Shown: piece after piece, positions 51,508-60,752 of the stretch
Layout: every line of letters begins with the position of its first letter
Position numbering within the stretch: the stretch's first letter is position 1
Assembly: GCA_963742735.1 (NCBI GenBank)
Contig: CAVUMN010000003.1
Coordinates: 32,001 to 96,000, forward strand
Reading direction: 5' to 3'
Length of the DNA: 64,000 nucleotides
Source: an uncultured Actinomycetes bacterium
GTDB lineage: Bacteria > Actinomycetota > UBA4738 > JBBDTT01
Notes under the pieces: generated by a model
Seen by the model: only the letters and a program-made list of their open reading frames with translations
Database searches by the model: none
Told to the model about the DNA's origin: nothing
Made by a program: the position numbers and the translations under genes

Positions 51508-51798
51508 GTGACCTCGAGAGCCGATTGCCTGGAGTGCCACTCGGCCGGGTCGGTCGAGCGGGGGCTCTGCCAGGTCTGCTACGCCGAGCCCGGCGAGGGC
51601 CCGTCGCCGGCCGCCGACCTGAGGTTCGCCGACGTGCTCGACGAGCTGGGGGCGATCGTGAGCCTGGCGACTTCGGTCGAGGACGGCGAGATGCTCGCGG
51701 CGGCATGCCGTCGGGCCGAGCGACTGCTGCGCTCCCTCCGCGAGCAGTTTCACGCCGACCTGGGCCTTCCCCAGCCGGTGTTGGCCCCCGCGCGCTGA
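51508..51798 (+). CDS. Small Cys-rich hypothetical protein (CxxC..CxxC, 96 aa)
   Basis: CLECH...CQVC followed by a helical tail; leaderless-type start behind a PHO box. Confidence 0.65.
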   Translation: MTSRADCLECHSAGSVERGLCQVCYAEPGEGPSPAADLRFADVLDELGAIVSLATSVEDGEMLAAACRRAERLLRSLREQFHADLGLPQPVLAPAR

Positions 51799-51819
51799 GC
51801 AAAGCGAACACCGGGGAAG

Positions 51820-51874
51820 GTTCATCCCTCGTTCATCTTCGGGCCAGGGTCCCGACACGAGCCATGCCTAGGGT
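51820..51874 (+). promoter_or_regulatory. PHO box plus -10 element of pstS
   Basis: GTTCA at 51820 and 51831; TAGGGT at 51869. Confidence 0.8.
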
Positions 51875-52021
51875 TCGCGTGGTGGCTGCACGAGATGTGA
51901 CCGGAACCCATTCCGGCCCCGGGCCTTCCCGGGAGGCGATCCGTACTCCCCTCTCCTCGGACCGCCTTCCGGGAAGGCCCGCTCGTATGCCCGTCGTCCC
52001 GATCCCGAAGGAGGGAATGCA

Positions 52022-53071
52022 TTGAAGAAGGGGAAGCTTCGCGCCCTGGCGAGCGGGATTCTTGCGTTCGCCCTCGTCGGCGCTGCCTGCGGCAACGACA
52101 CGACCGATCCCGGCACGAACGGCAATGGCGTCGCCCTGCCCGACTGTCTGAACCTCGGCGACCTGTACGCGCTCGCCGGGCCCGAGTCCGAGGGCTTCGC
52201 GAGCTGGTCGGACGCCAACACGCTGGCCGAGGAGGTCGGTGGGACCGGCGGGTTCCCCGACGCGCCGCTCGAGATCACGGCGCCGGGTGAGGAGTCCGGA
52301 ACGTACGACGCCTTCATCGAGCTGGCCCTGCTGGACACGGCCGAGGCCCGGTTGGAGGAGGGGAAGGTCACCGAAGACATGGTCGAGACCACCCGGGCCG
52401 ACTACCAGGCCTCGGGGAACGACAACACGATCATCGACGGCATCGCGGGCTCCGACAGCTCGTTCGGCTGGGTCGGGTACGCCTTCTACGTGCAGAACAC
52501 GGACGTGGTGAAGGCCTTCGAGATCGACGGGGGCGACGGCTGCGTGGCCCCGAGCGAGGAGACGATCGCCGACGCGTCGTACCCGATCTCGCGGAGCCTC
52601 TACATCTACGTCAACAAGGCGAAGGCGAACGAGAAATCGGCGGTGCAGGCGTACGTCGACTTCTACCTGAGCGAAGCGGGTCTGAGCGGCGCGGTGGCCG
52701 AGACGGGGTACGTGGTGCTCCCGTCGGACCGTCTCAGCGGCGCGCAGCAGACGTGGGAGAGCGAGGGTCCCTCGGGGGAGGCCTCGGGCGACCTAACCGG
52801 CGACGTCTTCGTCTCCGGTTCGTCCACGGTTGAGCCCATCTCGGCGCTCGTCGCGGAGCTCTTCAACGAGGAGAATCCCGACGTGGCGATCAACGTCGAG
52901 GGTCCGGGAACGGGCGACGGGTTTGAGCTGTTCTGCGCCGGGGAGACCGACATCTCCGACGCGTCTCGACCGATCAAGGACGAGGAGGCACAGGTCTGCG
53001 CGGACGCGGGCATCGAATACATCGAGCTCGAGGTCGCGTTCGACGGCATCGCCGTCCTGACCGCCGCCTAG
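52022..53071 (+). CDS. pstS: Phosphate ABC transporter substrate-binding lipoprotein, circularly permuted
   Basis: Lipobox LVGAAC; SGTYDAF, SGNDN, GWVGY, YPISRSLYIY; the normally N-terminal SGSSTV..GTGDG..DASR..VAFDG block is at the C-terminus. Confidence 0.9.
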   Translation: MKKGKLRALASGILAFALVGAACGNDTTDPGTNGNGVALPDCLNLGDLYALAGPESEGFASWSDANTLAEEVGGTGGFPDAPLEITAPGEESGTYDAFIELALLDTAEARLEEGKVTEDMVETTRADYQASGNDNTIIDGIAGSDSSFGWVGYAFYVQNTDVVKAFEIDGGDGCVAPSEETIADASYPISRSLYIYVNKAKANEKSAVQAYVDFYLSEAGLSGAVAETGYVVLPSDRLSGAQQTWESEGPSGEASGDLTGDVFVSGSSTVEPISALVAELFNEENPDVAINVEGPGTGDGFELFCAGETDISDASRPIKDEEAQVCADAGIEYIELEVAFDGIAVLTAA

Positions 53072-53094
53072 CTCGAACGCTCCGGAGCAGGAGG

Positions 53095-53119
53095 GGGCCG
53101 GCCTTCGGGCCGGCCCTTT
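53095..53119 (+). terminator. Intrinsic terminator after pstS
   Basis: GGGCCGGCC-TTCG-GGCCGGCCC-TTT. Confidence 0.75.
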
Positions 53120-53138
53120 CGCGTCCATCCCTACCTCC

Positions 53139-53193
53139 GTTCATGTTCCGTTCACCCGTGGGACTCGTGGCGTTCAGGGGCCCTTGTTAGCGT
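53139..53193 (+). promoter_or_regulatory. PHO box plus -10 element of pstC
   Basis: GTTCA at 53139, 53150 and 53172 (11-bp phase); TAGCGT at 53188, 7 nt before GTG. Confidence 0.75.
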
Positions 53194-53200
53194 CCGGACC

Positions 53201-54141
53201 GTGAGCGACGCGACCCTCGCCACCCCCCCGGCCGTCACGCTCGACACCCTTCGCGGGAACCCCAAGCGCCGGCGGCGTGAATCGTTTATCCGCAGGACGT
53301 TCCTCGCCGCAGCCGCGCTGTCGATCGTCATCAACATCCTCATCGTGCTGTCGCTCTTCGATGGCACGTGGGAGTTCCTGCGTAACGTCGACATCGGCTC
53401 GCTGTTCTCGCGCGGCTGGTTCCCTCGTCGCGGGCTGTACGACATCAAGACGATCATGGCCGGGACCCTCCTTGTCTCCGTGATCGCAATGGTCGTCGCG
53501 GCGCCGCTGGGGCTCGGCGCCGCGATGTTCCTGTCCGAGTACGCGAGCCGCAAGACGCGGCGGAGGCTCAAGCCGGTGCTCGAGATCCTGGCCGGCGTTC
53601 CCAGCGTGGTCATGGGGTACTTCGCGCTGGCCTGGATCAGCCCCGAGATCATGCAGCGGTTCTTCGGGGCCACCACGTTCAACCTGGGCGCGGCCGGGAT
53701 CGGGGTGGGCATCCTGATCACGCCGCTGGTGGCCTCGGTGGCGGAGGACGCCATGCACGCGGTGCCGCAGTCGCTCCGGGAGGCAGCCTACGGACTCGGG
53801 TCGCGGCAGCGGACCGCCACCCTGCGGATCGTGTTTCCGGCGGCGGTATCGGGAATCGTGGCCGCGCTGATCCTCGGGTTCTCCCGAGCTATCGGGGAGA
53901 CGCTCGTGGTGTCGCTGGCCGCGGGGGAACGGGCGGCTCGCTGTTCACGCTCGATCCGACGCATCCCGGCCAGACGATGACCGCGGCGATGACCGCGTTG
54001 GCGACGGGCTCCGACGAGGTCAAGGGTGCCAGCGAGGCGTTCGACAGCCTGTTCTTCGTCGGCTCCTTGCTGTTTCTCATCACGCTGACGCTGAACATCA
54101 TGAGCGAGCGTTTCGTGCGCCGCGTCCGGAGACGCTACTGA
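53201..54141 (+). CDS. pstC: Phosphate ABC permease PstC (frameshift in the G-run at about 53925)
   Basis: PLGLGAAMFLSEY, KPVLEILAGVPSVVMG, EDAMHAVP..LREAAYGLG, SRAIGET; adding one G restores the frame to TGA 54141. Confidence 0.92.
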
Positions 54142-55094
54142 TGGCCCGCGAGGTGACGGCCCGGCGTCTCCCGGGCGTGGACACAGCGGAGGTCGTCCGG
54201 CGCGCCATCCACGGCAAGGGCCGCGACCCCGGGGGCGTCCTGTTCTCGGGACTTCTGTTGCTGGCGTTGCTCCTGGCCCTCGCCGTGCTCCTGGTCCTGC
54301 TCGGCCAGATCACGAGCAAGGGCCTCCCGCTCCTGCAGGACCGGGGAACCAGCTTCCTGACCGACAACATCTCCTCGCTGCCCCAGCGCGCGGGGATCGC
54401 CCAGGGCATCAGGGGGTCGGTGACGATCGTGGTCTTCGTGATCCTGTTCGCGTTCCCGCTGGGGATCGGGGCCGCGATCTACCTGGAGGAGTACGCGCGG
54501 GACACTCGCTTCACCAGGATCGTCACCGCGAACATCCGCAACCTGGCCGGGGTCCCCGCGATTGTGTACGGCTTGCTCGGTATCGCGATCTTCGTCAACT
54601 ACCGTCCGCTCGCCGGGATCACGGGCGGCCGGAGCGTTATCAGCGCCGGGATGACGATCTCGATCCTGGTCCTGCCCATCGTGGTGATCACCGCGGCCGA
54701 GGCGCTTCGGGCGGTGCCGTACAGCATCCGCGAGGCGGGGTTCGGCGTCGGGGCCACCCGGTGGGAAGTCATCCGAAGCCACGTCCTGCCCTACGCGGCG
54801 CCGGGGATCCTCACCGGCACCGTGCTCACGATCGCCCGCGCGTTCGGCGAGGCCGCGCCGCTGGTCATGATCGGCGCCGCCACGGGGTTCCTGTCCACGG
54901 GGAGCGCGGGGCTCGTCGACCAGCTCCAGGGTCCGTACACGGCGCTGCCCGTCCAGGTGTACGACTTCGCGACCCGGAACCTGCGGGTCTTCAGTCAGCA
55001 TTCCGCGGCCGCGAGCATGGTGCTGCTCGCGATCCTCCTGGTCGTGAACGGCACCGCCATCGTCCTGAGGAACCGATATGAGCGAAAGTGGTGA
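54141..55094 (+). CDS. pstA: Phosphate ABC permease PstA
   Basis: [48 protein letters not shown]. Confidence 0.93.
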   Translation: MAREVTARRLPGVDTAEVVRRAIHGKGRDPGGVLFSGLLLLALLLALAVLLVLLGQITSKGLPLLQDRGTSFLTDNISSLPQRAGIAQGIRGSVTIVVFVILFAFPLGIGAAIYLEEYARDTRFTRIVTANIRNLAGVPAIVYGLLGIAIFVNYRPLAGITGGRSVISAGMTISILVLPIVVITAAEALRAVPYSIREAGFGVGATRWEVIRSHVLPYAAPGILTGTVLTIARAFGEAAPLVMIGAATGFLSTGSAGLVDQLQGPYTALPVQVYDFATRNLRVFSQHSAAASMVLLAILLVVNGTAIVLRNRYERKW

Positions 55095-55965
55095 TGAGCG
55101 GATGGACGCGGAGCTGATCCAGCGGGGCGAGGACGCTCCGGTACGGCGCGTGGAGGTCCACGTGACGGACGAGGCCGAGGACGCGAAGCGGCCGGTCATC
55201 TTCGACGTGCTTGGCCTCTCGGTGTTCTACGGCGACTTCCGGGCGGTCCGCGACGTGATGCTCCCCATTCGGCAGAACGAGATCACCGCGTTGATCGGCC
55301 CGTCCGGCTGCGGCAAGACGACGATCCTGCGTTGCTTCAACCGGATGAACGACTTGATCGAGGGCGCACGGGTGGAGGGCACGATCCTGTATCACGGGGT
55401 GAACCTCTACGACGACCGGGTCGACGCCGTCGAGGTCCGCCGCCGCATCGGCATGGTGTTCCAGAAGCCGAACCCGTTCCCGAAGTCGATCTACGACAAC
55501 ATCGCGTTCGGGCCGAGGATCGCCGGCTACAAGGACAACATGGACGACCTCGTCGAGCAGTCGTTGCGCAAAGCGGCGCTGTGGGACGAGGTGAAGGGCA
55601 AGTTGAAGGACTCCGGCATGGCCCTCTCCGGCGGCCAGCAGCAGCGGCTGTGCATCGCCCGGGCCATCGCCGTGAGCCCGGACGTGATCCTGATGGACGA
55701 GCCGTGCTCGGCGCTGGATCCCATCGCCACCCTGCGCATCGAGGAGCTTATGCGCGAGCTGGTCAGCGAGTACACGATCGTGATCGTGACCCACAACATG
55801 CAGCAGGCCGCCCGGGTCTCGGACCGGACCGCGTTCTTCACGGTGGACGTGAAGGAGGACGGCCAGCGGACCGGTACGCTCGTGGAGCACGACTTGACCG
55901 AGCGGATGTTCACGAACCCCTCGGATCAACGAACCGAGGACTACGTGACCGGGAGGTTCGGCTGA
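55078..55965 (+). CDS. pstB: Phosphate ABC ATPase (start could be 55102)
   Basis: [62 protein letters not shown]. Confidence 0.96.
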   Translation: MSESGDERMDAELIQRGEDAPVRRVEVHVTDEAEDAKRPVIFDVLGLSVFYGDFRAVRDVMLPIRQNEITALIGPSGCGKTTILRCFNRMNDLIEGARVEGTILYHGVNLYDDRVDAVEVRRRIGMVFQKPNPFPKSIYDNIAFGPRIAGYKDNMDDLVEQSLRKAALWDEVKGKLKDSGMALSGGQQQRLCIARAIAVSPDVILMDEPCSALDPIATLRIEELMRELVSEYTIVIVTHNMQQAARVSDRTAFFTVDVKEDGQRTGTLVEHDLTERMFTNPSDQRTEDYVTGRFG

Positions 55966-56663
55966 TGGCTCAGCCCAGGCGCAGGTTCCACGAGGACCTC
56001 GACTGGCTCGAGCGCCAGATCGTCGCGATGGGCGAGCTCTCCGAGCGCGCGGTCGGCAAGGCGGTCGAGGCGCTCGCCACCCAGGACGAGGGCCTGGCCG
56101 CCGAGGTCATCGCGGGGGACGACGAGATCGACTCGGCTTACATGGAGGTCGAGCGCCGCGTCCTGGACATCATCGCCATGCAGAACCCGGTGGCGTCCGA
56201 CCTTCGGCTGGTCTCGGCGACCTGGCACATCAACCTGCACCTGGAGCGCATCGGCGACATGGCCGTGAACATCGCCAAGATCGCGAACGTCACCCGGGAG
56301 CTGCCGCGCGACGAGCGCGTCGTGAGCCACCTCCGGGAGATGTCCGACGTCGTGCGGCCCATGATCCGTACGGCCCTCGAGGCCTTCGCCCTGCGCGATC
56401 TCGAGCTCGCCCTGAGGCTCCCCAGCATGGACGACCCGGTGGACCGGTTGAACCGTGGGCTGTACGGACAGATCGTCGGCCTCTCGCCCGACGTCCAGCT
56501 GCTCGAGTGGGGGATCCGCATGAACGTGGTGTCGCGGCAGCTCGAGCGATGCGGGGATCACGCGGTGGACATCGCCGAACAGGTCGCGTTCCTGCTCACC
56601 GGCGAGTTCCGGGAGTTCACCGACGCCTCGCATCCGCCGGGGATGGGACCGAATGCGGGCTGA
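55965..56663 (+). CDS. phoU: Phosphate signalling protein PhoU
   Basis: Q.PVASDLR, LERIGDMAVNIAK, DD.VD, LERCGDHAVDIAE. Confidence 0.94.
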   Translation: MAQPRRRFHEDLDWLERQIVAMGELSERAVGKAVEALATQDEGLAAEVIAGDDEIDSAYMEVERRVLDIIAMQNPVASDLRLVSATWHINLHLERIGDMAVNIAKIANVTRELPRDERVVSHLREMSDVVRPMIRTALEAFALRDLELALRLPSMDDPVDRLNRGLYGQIVGLSPDVQLLEWGIRMNVVSRQLERCGDHAVDIAEQVAFLLTGEFREFTDASHPPGMGPNAG

Positions 56664-57357
56664 CGGCCAGGCCCGGATCCTGCTGGTCGAGGACGAGGAG
56701 TCGCTGGCCGACACCGTGCGCTACAACCTGGAGCGCGAGGGATACGCGGTGCGGGTGAGCGGTGACGGTCGCGGCGCCCTCGCGCGTTTTCGTGAGGAGA
56801 CGCCGGACCTGGTGATCCTCGACCTGATGCTTCCGGAGATGAGCGGCCTGGACTTGTGCAAGCGGATCCGAGAGGACAGCGACGTCCCGATCATCATCGT
56901 CACCGCCAAGGACTCGGAGGCCGACAAGGTCGCCGGCCTGGAGCTCGGAGCGGACGACTACGTCACGAAGCCGTTCTCGGTCCGGGAGCTGATCAGCCGC
57001 GTTCGGGCGAACCTGCGGCGGGCCCGGGCCGCCTCGCTGCAGCGCGAGCCGGAGGACGAGGTCCTGGGCGGCGGCCCGGTCGAGCTCGACGTCGGCCGGC
57101 ACGAGGTGCGCGTCCGGGGCGAGTCGGTGCCGTTCCCTCCCAAGGAGTTCGAGCTCCTCGAGACGTTCCTGCGACGCAAGGACCGGCTGGTGACGCGGGA
57201 CTTCTTGATCGACCACGTGTGGGGCCCCGAGTACTTCGGCGACACGAAGACCCTGGACGTCCACGTGAAGCGGATCCGGCGCAAGATCGAGCAGGATCCC
57301 CATCGGCCGGTCCATCTGGTCACGGTCCGAGGTCTCGGGTACAAGTTCGTCGAATAG
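56653..57357 (+). CDS. phoP: OmpR-family response regulator (PhoP/RegX3-like)
   Basis: LLVEDE, LDLMLP, TAKDSE.DKV.GLELGADDYVTKPF, GDTKTLDVHVKR, TVRGLGYKF. Confidence 0.88.
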   Translation: MRADGQARILLVEDEESLADTVRYNLEREGYAVRVSGDGRGALARFREETPDLVILDLMLPEMSGLDLCKRIREDSDVPIIIVTAKDSEADKVAGLELGADDYVTKPFSVRELISRVRANLRRARAASLQREPEDEVLGGGPVELDVGRHEVRVRGESVPFPPKEFELLETFLRRKDRLVTRDFLIDHVWGPEYFGDTKTLDVHVKRIRRKIEQDPHRPVHLVTVRGLGYKFVE

Positions 57358-57377
57358 GCCGGCCCCGCCACCTGTCC

Positions 57378-57421
57378 GTTCACCTTGCGTTCCGCTATCG
57401 TTCGCCCGGCGTTCATCCACT
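57378..57421 (+). promoter_or_regulatory. Four-unit PHO-box array overlapping the putative -10 of DUF47-pit
   Basis: GTTCA 57378, GTTCC 57389, GTTCG 57400, GTTCA 57411; TATCGT at 57396. Confidence 0.75.
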
Positions 57422-57441
57422 TACCGAAGGGGAAGCCGGTC

Positions 57442-58068
57442 GTGGCACGCAGGAAGTTCCGACTCATCCCTCGAGACGAGGGCTTCTTCGAGCTCTTCGT
57501 GGCGCAGGCGGAGCACATCGAGAAGGCCGCCGAGCTGTTCCTGGACATCGTCTCCACCTTCGAGGACGTGCCGAAGAAGGCCTCCCGGCTGCACGACCTC
57601 GAGCACGACGGCGACGAGCTCACCCACCGGATCATGCGCCGGCTGAACACGACGTTCGTGACCCCGATCGACCACGAGGACATCCACGCGCTGGCGTCGG
57701 CGCTCGACGACGTCCTGGACCACATCGACGCCGCGGCCGATCTGTTGGTGCTCCACAAGATCGAGAAGCCGCTGCCCGAGATGAAGGCGCAGGCGGACGT
57801 GATCGTCCAGACCGCCCGCACGACTCGGGAGGCCCTCCAGCAGCTCCCCAGGTTCAACCAGCTGGAGAACTACTGGGTCGAGATCAACCGGCTCGAGAAC
57901 GACGGGGACAAGATCTACCGGCGGGCCGTGGCCGACCTGTTCTCCGGGAACTTCAAGGCCATGGACGTGCTGAAGTGGAAGGGCGTCATCGACGAGCTCG
58001 AGGCCGCGATCGACCAGCTCGAGGACGTCGCCAACCTGCTCGAGGGCCTCGCGCTGAAGCAGTCCTAG
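57442..58068 (+). CDS. DUF47 Pit accessory protein
   Basis: FRLIPRDEGFFELF, EHDGD..TH, LN.TFVTPIDHEDI..LA..LDD. Confidence 0.92.
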   Translation: MARRKFRLIPRDEGFFELFVAQAEHIEKAAELFLDIVSTFEDVPKKASRLHDLEHDGDELTHRIMRRLNTTFVTPIDHEDIHALASALDDVLDHIDAAADLLVLHKIEKPLPEMKAQADVIVQTARTTREALQQLPRFNQLENYWVEINRLENDGDKIYRRAVADLFSGNFKAMDVLKWKGVIDELEAAIDQLEDVANLLEGLALKQS

Positions 58069-58077
58069 GTGCTCTAG

Positions 58078-59070
58078 ATGCCCTTCTGGCTCGTCGTCGC
58101 GCTGGCCTATCTGTTCGAGTTCGCGAACGGGTGGACCGACGCGCCCAACTCCATCGCCACGGTCGTCTCGACCCGCGTGCTGCGCCCGTTCCAGGCGGTC
58201 GCGATGGCGGGTGTCCTGAACCTGGTCGGGGCGCTCTCCGGCACTGCGGTCGCGAAGACGATCGCGTCGGGCATCGTGGACACCCAGCTGGTGACGCTCG
58301 AGACGGTGGCCGCGGCGGTACTGGCCGCGACCATCTGGGCCCTCGGCGCGCAGCACTTCGGCCTGCCGTCCAGCGAGTCGCACGCGCTGGTGGCGGGGCT
58401 GCTCGGCGCCGGGTTCGCCGCCGGCGGGCTGCACGGTCTGGAGTGGGAGGGGACCAAGAAGTCGCTCATCGGGCTCGTCACGTCGCCGGTCGGGGGGTTC
58501 CTGATGGGCCTGCTGATCATGGTTCTGATCTACCGCCTGTTCGCGCGGGTTCGACGAGCCGTCGTCCGTCGCATCTTCGGCCGCGCGCAGATCCTGTCCG
58601 CCGCGTTCATGGCCTTCAGCCACGGGACGAACGACGCGCAGAAGACGATGGGGATCATCACGCTGGCGATCCTGCTGCGGAACCACCCCGCGGGTGGGGT
58701 TCCCTCGGAGTTCAGCATCCCGCTGTGGGTGATCGTCTCGGCCGCGGTCGTCATGGGGCTGGGCACGATGGTCGGCGGGTGGCGCGTGGTGCGAACCCTC
58801 GGCGTGCGCATGACGAAGCTGGAACCCGTCCAGGGGTTCGCGGCGGAGACAGGCGCGGCGATCGTGATCACCAGCGCGGCGCAGCTGGGCATCCCCGTCT
58901 CGACGACCCACGCGATCGGCACGTCGATCATGGGGGTCGGCGCCACCAAGCGGGTCTCGGCCGTGCGCTGGGGGGTGGCCGGTCAGGTCGTGACGGCGTG
59001 GATCCTGACCTGGCCGGCCTGCATGCTCCTCGGGTTCGTCCTGGAGAAGCTCTTCGCCGGAATCTTCTGA
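58078..59070 (+). CDS. pit: Inorganic phosphate transporter (PiT family)
   Basis: NGWTDAPNSIATVV, GLPSSESHAL, HGTNDAQKTMG, GIPVSTTH, W.LTWP. Confidence 0.93.
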   Translation: MPFWLVVALAYLFEFANGWTDAPNSIATVVSTRVLRPFQAVAMAGVLNLVGALSGTAVAKTIASGIVDTQLVTLETVAAAVLAATIWALGAQHFGLPSSESHALVAGLLGAGFAAGGLHGLEWEGTKKSLIGLVTSPVGGFLMGLLIMVLIYRLFARVRRAVVRRIFGRAQILSAAFMAFSHGTNDAQKTMGIITLAILLRNHPAGGVPSEFSIPLWVIVSAAVVMGLGTMVGGWRVVRTLGVRMTKLEPVQGFAAETGAAIVITSAAQLGIPVSTTHAIGTSIMGVGATKRVSAVRWGVAGQVVTAWILTWPACMLLGFVLEKLFAGIF

Positions 59071-59071
59071 C

Positions 59072-59890
59072 TCAGTCCACCGGCTCCAGCTCGAACGGCA
59101 CGATCTCCGCCGGCGCAACCGCCTCGGTGAGCAGCTCCCGAAGCTCGCGCCGCCGTCGCCGACCGACCAGCAGCCGCCACGCTCCAAGCGCCAGCAAGGT
59201 GGAACCCGCGCCGATCCCGAACCACCATGGAGCGCTCCTGCCGGCGGAGGCCACCCGCGCTTGCAGGACCTCGATCCGAGACTCCAACTTCCCGATCCGC
59301 TCTCCCCACGCGGAGACCGTGCTCGAGCCGGCGGCGTTGAGATCCACGGCGTCGATCCGATGGTTGAGGTCTCGTTCGAGGCCGTCGATCCGCGCATACA
59401 GCGGTCGCTGGATGCGGTCCATGCGCTGGAGCAACCGCGCCTCGAGCGGAGATTCCACGATGCGGAACCACTCACCGAAGAAGTCGCCGAACTGGGTGCG
59501 GCATCCCCAGTCACAGACGGTGACGGCGTATTCGCCGGAGGGCACATGCGGCACGACGAACGAGAAGGTGACGATCGCCTCGTTGACGCGCGCGGAGCGG
59601 GCGACGCTGGCTCGTCCCAGCAGCATGGCGTCCGGGGGTGGGTACGAGGCGTCGCTCCCTGCCCGCCACTCGAGGAGATAGACGAACCAAGGGCCGTCTC
59701 CGATCCACCCCGTGTCCCATTGATGGACGGTGGCGGTGGCTCCGGCGTCGGATCCCGGCACGCGATAGATGGACTGAGGACCCCCGGCGGGGTCCCAGTC
59801 GACGTCGGCGCCGCCACCCGCCCCGGCCACTCCAGGGACGAGCAGCAGGGCGACGATCAGCGGGAGCACGAACAGCAGGCGACTGCGCAT
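59072..59890 (-). CDS. Hypothetical exported protein with a coiled coil and C-terminal TM anchor
   Basis: Signal peptide MRSRLLFVLPLIVALLLVPGVAGA, Ig-like F.VP..PSGEY.V.VC, heptads, TM followed by RRRRRR. Confidence 0.7.
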   Translation of the reverse strand: MRSRLLFVLPLIVALLLVPGVAGAGGGADVDWDPAGGPQSIYRVPGSDAGATATVHQWDTGWIGDGPWFVYLLEWRAGSDASYPPPDAMLLGRASVARSARVNEAIVTFSFVVPHVPSGEYAVTVCDWGCRTQFGDFFGEWFRIVESPLEARLLQRMDRIQRPLYARIDGLERDLNHRIDAVDLNAAGSSTVSAWGERIGKLESRIEVLQARVASAGRSAPWWFGIGAGSTLLALGAWRLLVGRRRRRELRELLTEAVAPAEIVPFELEPVD

Positions 59891-59969
59891 GGGTTCCTCC
59901 TCGAACGAGGTCTTCACCCCACATGACCGGGCGAACCCCGCGAGAGTTCCCTGCCTAGACTCGGAAACC

Positions 59970-60752
59970 ATGCGGCCCGGCAACTATCCCGAGCAGGCGG
60001 AGACGTACGACCGAACGCGTGGGGCCAGCCCGAGCGTCGTCCGCGCTCTGGTCAGACATCTCGGCCCGGCGGAGGGGCGGTCGCTGCTCGACGTCGCCGG
60101 GGGGACCGGCAACTACGCGCAAGTGCTCGCGGCCCGCGGGTTCTCCCTGACGGTCGTGGACGCGGAGCCCGCCATGCTGGCGCGAAGCGTCGACAAGCTC
60201 GGCCCGGGCCACGCGATCGTCGGCGACGCCACGGCCCTGCCGGTGCGCGACGCCTCCGTCGACGCGGTCACGATCGTCAGCGCGATCCACCTCTTCGACG
60301 ACCCGCCGGCGGCGCTCGCCGAGGCGCGCAGGGTGATCCGCGCCGGCCCGCTGGTCCTGATGGCCTTCACGCGGGAGAACCTGGAGCCGCTGTTCGCCTA
60401 CGAGTACTTCGAGGGGACGTTTCCGGCCGAGATCCGCACCAACGAGGCGGAGGTGGTGTCCATGCTCCGTGAGGCCGGCTTCGAGTCGGTGGAGGCCGAC
60501 CGTGTCGTCTACGTGGACCGCGCCGACGGGTCGCTGTCGGCGCTGCACACCGACCCCTTCGCGCTGGCCGGCGAGGCGTACCTGCGAAACACCTCGTTCT
60601 GGCATCGAACCGACCCGGAGGTCCGCGTGCGGGGACTGAAGGCGCTGCACGAGGACCTTCGAAGCGGACGTCTGGCCGAGCGGGTCGAGGAGTCGATGCG
60701 CGTCGCCGGACGCACCGGCCACATCACCGCGTTCGCGGCGCGGCCGGCCTAG
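59970..60752 (+). CDS. Class I SAM-dependent methyltransferase
   Basis: YDRTR, LLDVAGGTGNY, VD.EPAML, GDATALP..D.S.D. Confidence 0.88.
   Translation: MRPGNYPEQAETYDRTRGASPSVVRALVRHLGPAEGRSLLDVAGGTGNYAQVLAARGFSLTVVDAEPAMLARSVDKLGPGHAIVGDATALPVRDASVDAVTIVSAIHLFDDPPAALAEARRVIRAGPLVLMAFTRENLEPLFAYEYFEGTFPAEIRTNEAEVVSMLREAGFESVEADRVVYVDRADGSLSALHTDPFALAGEAYLRNTSFWHRTDPEVRVRGLKALHEDLRSGRLAERVEESMRVAGRTGHITAFAARPA

Noticed and set aside
51526-51540. CLECH as a cytochrome c heme-binding motif
   Set aside because: There is no signal peptide and a second CxxC follows, so a zinc finger is the simpler reading.
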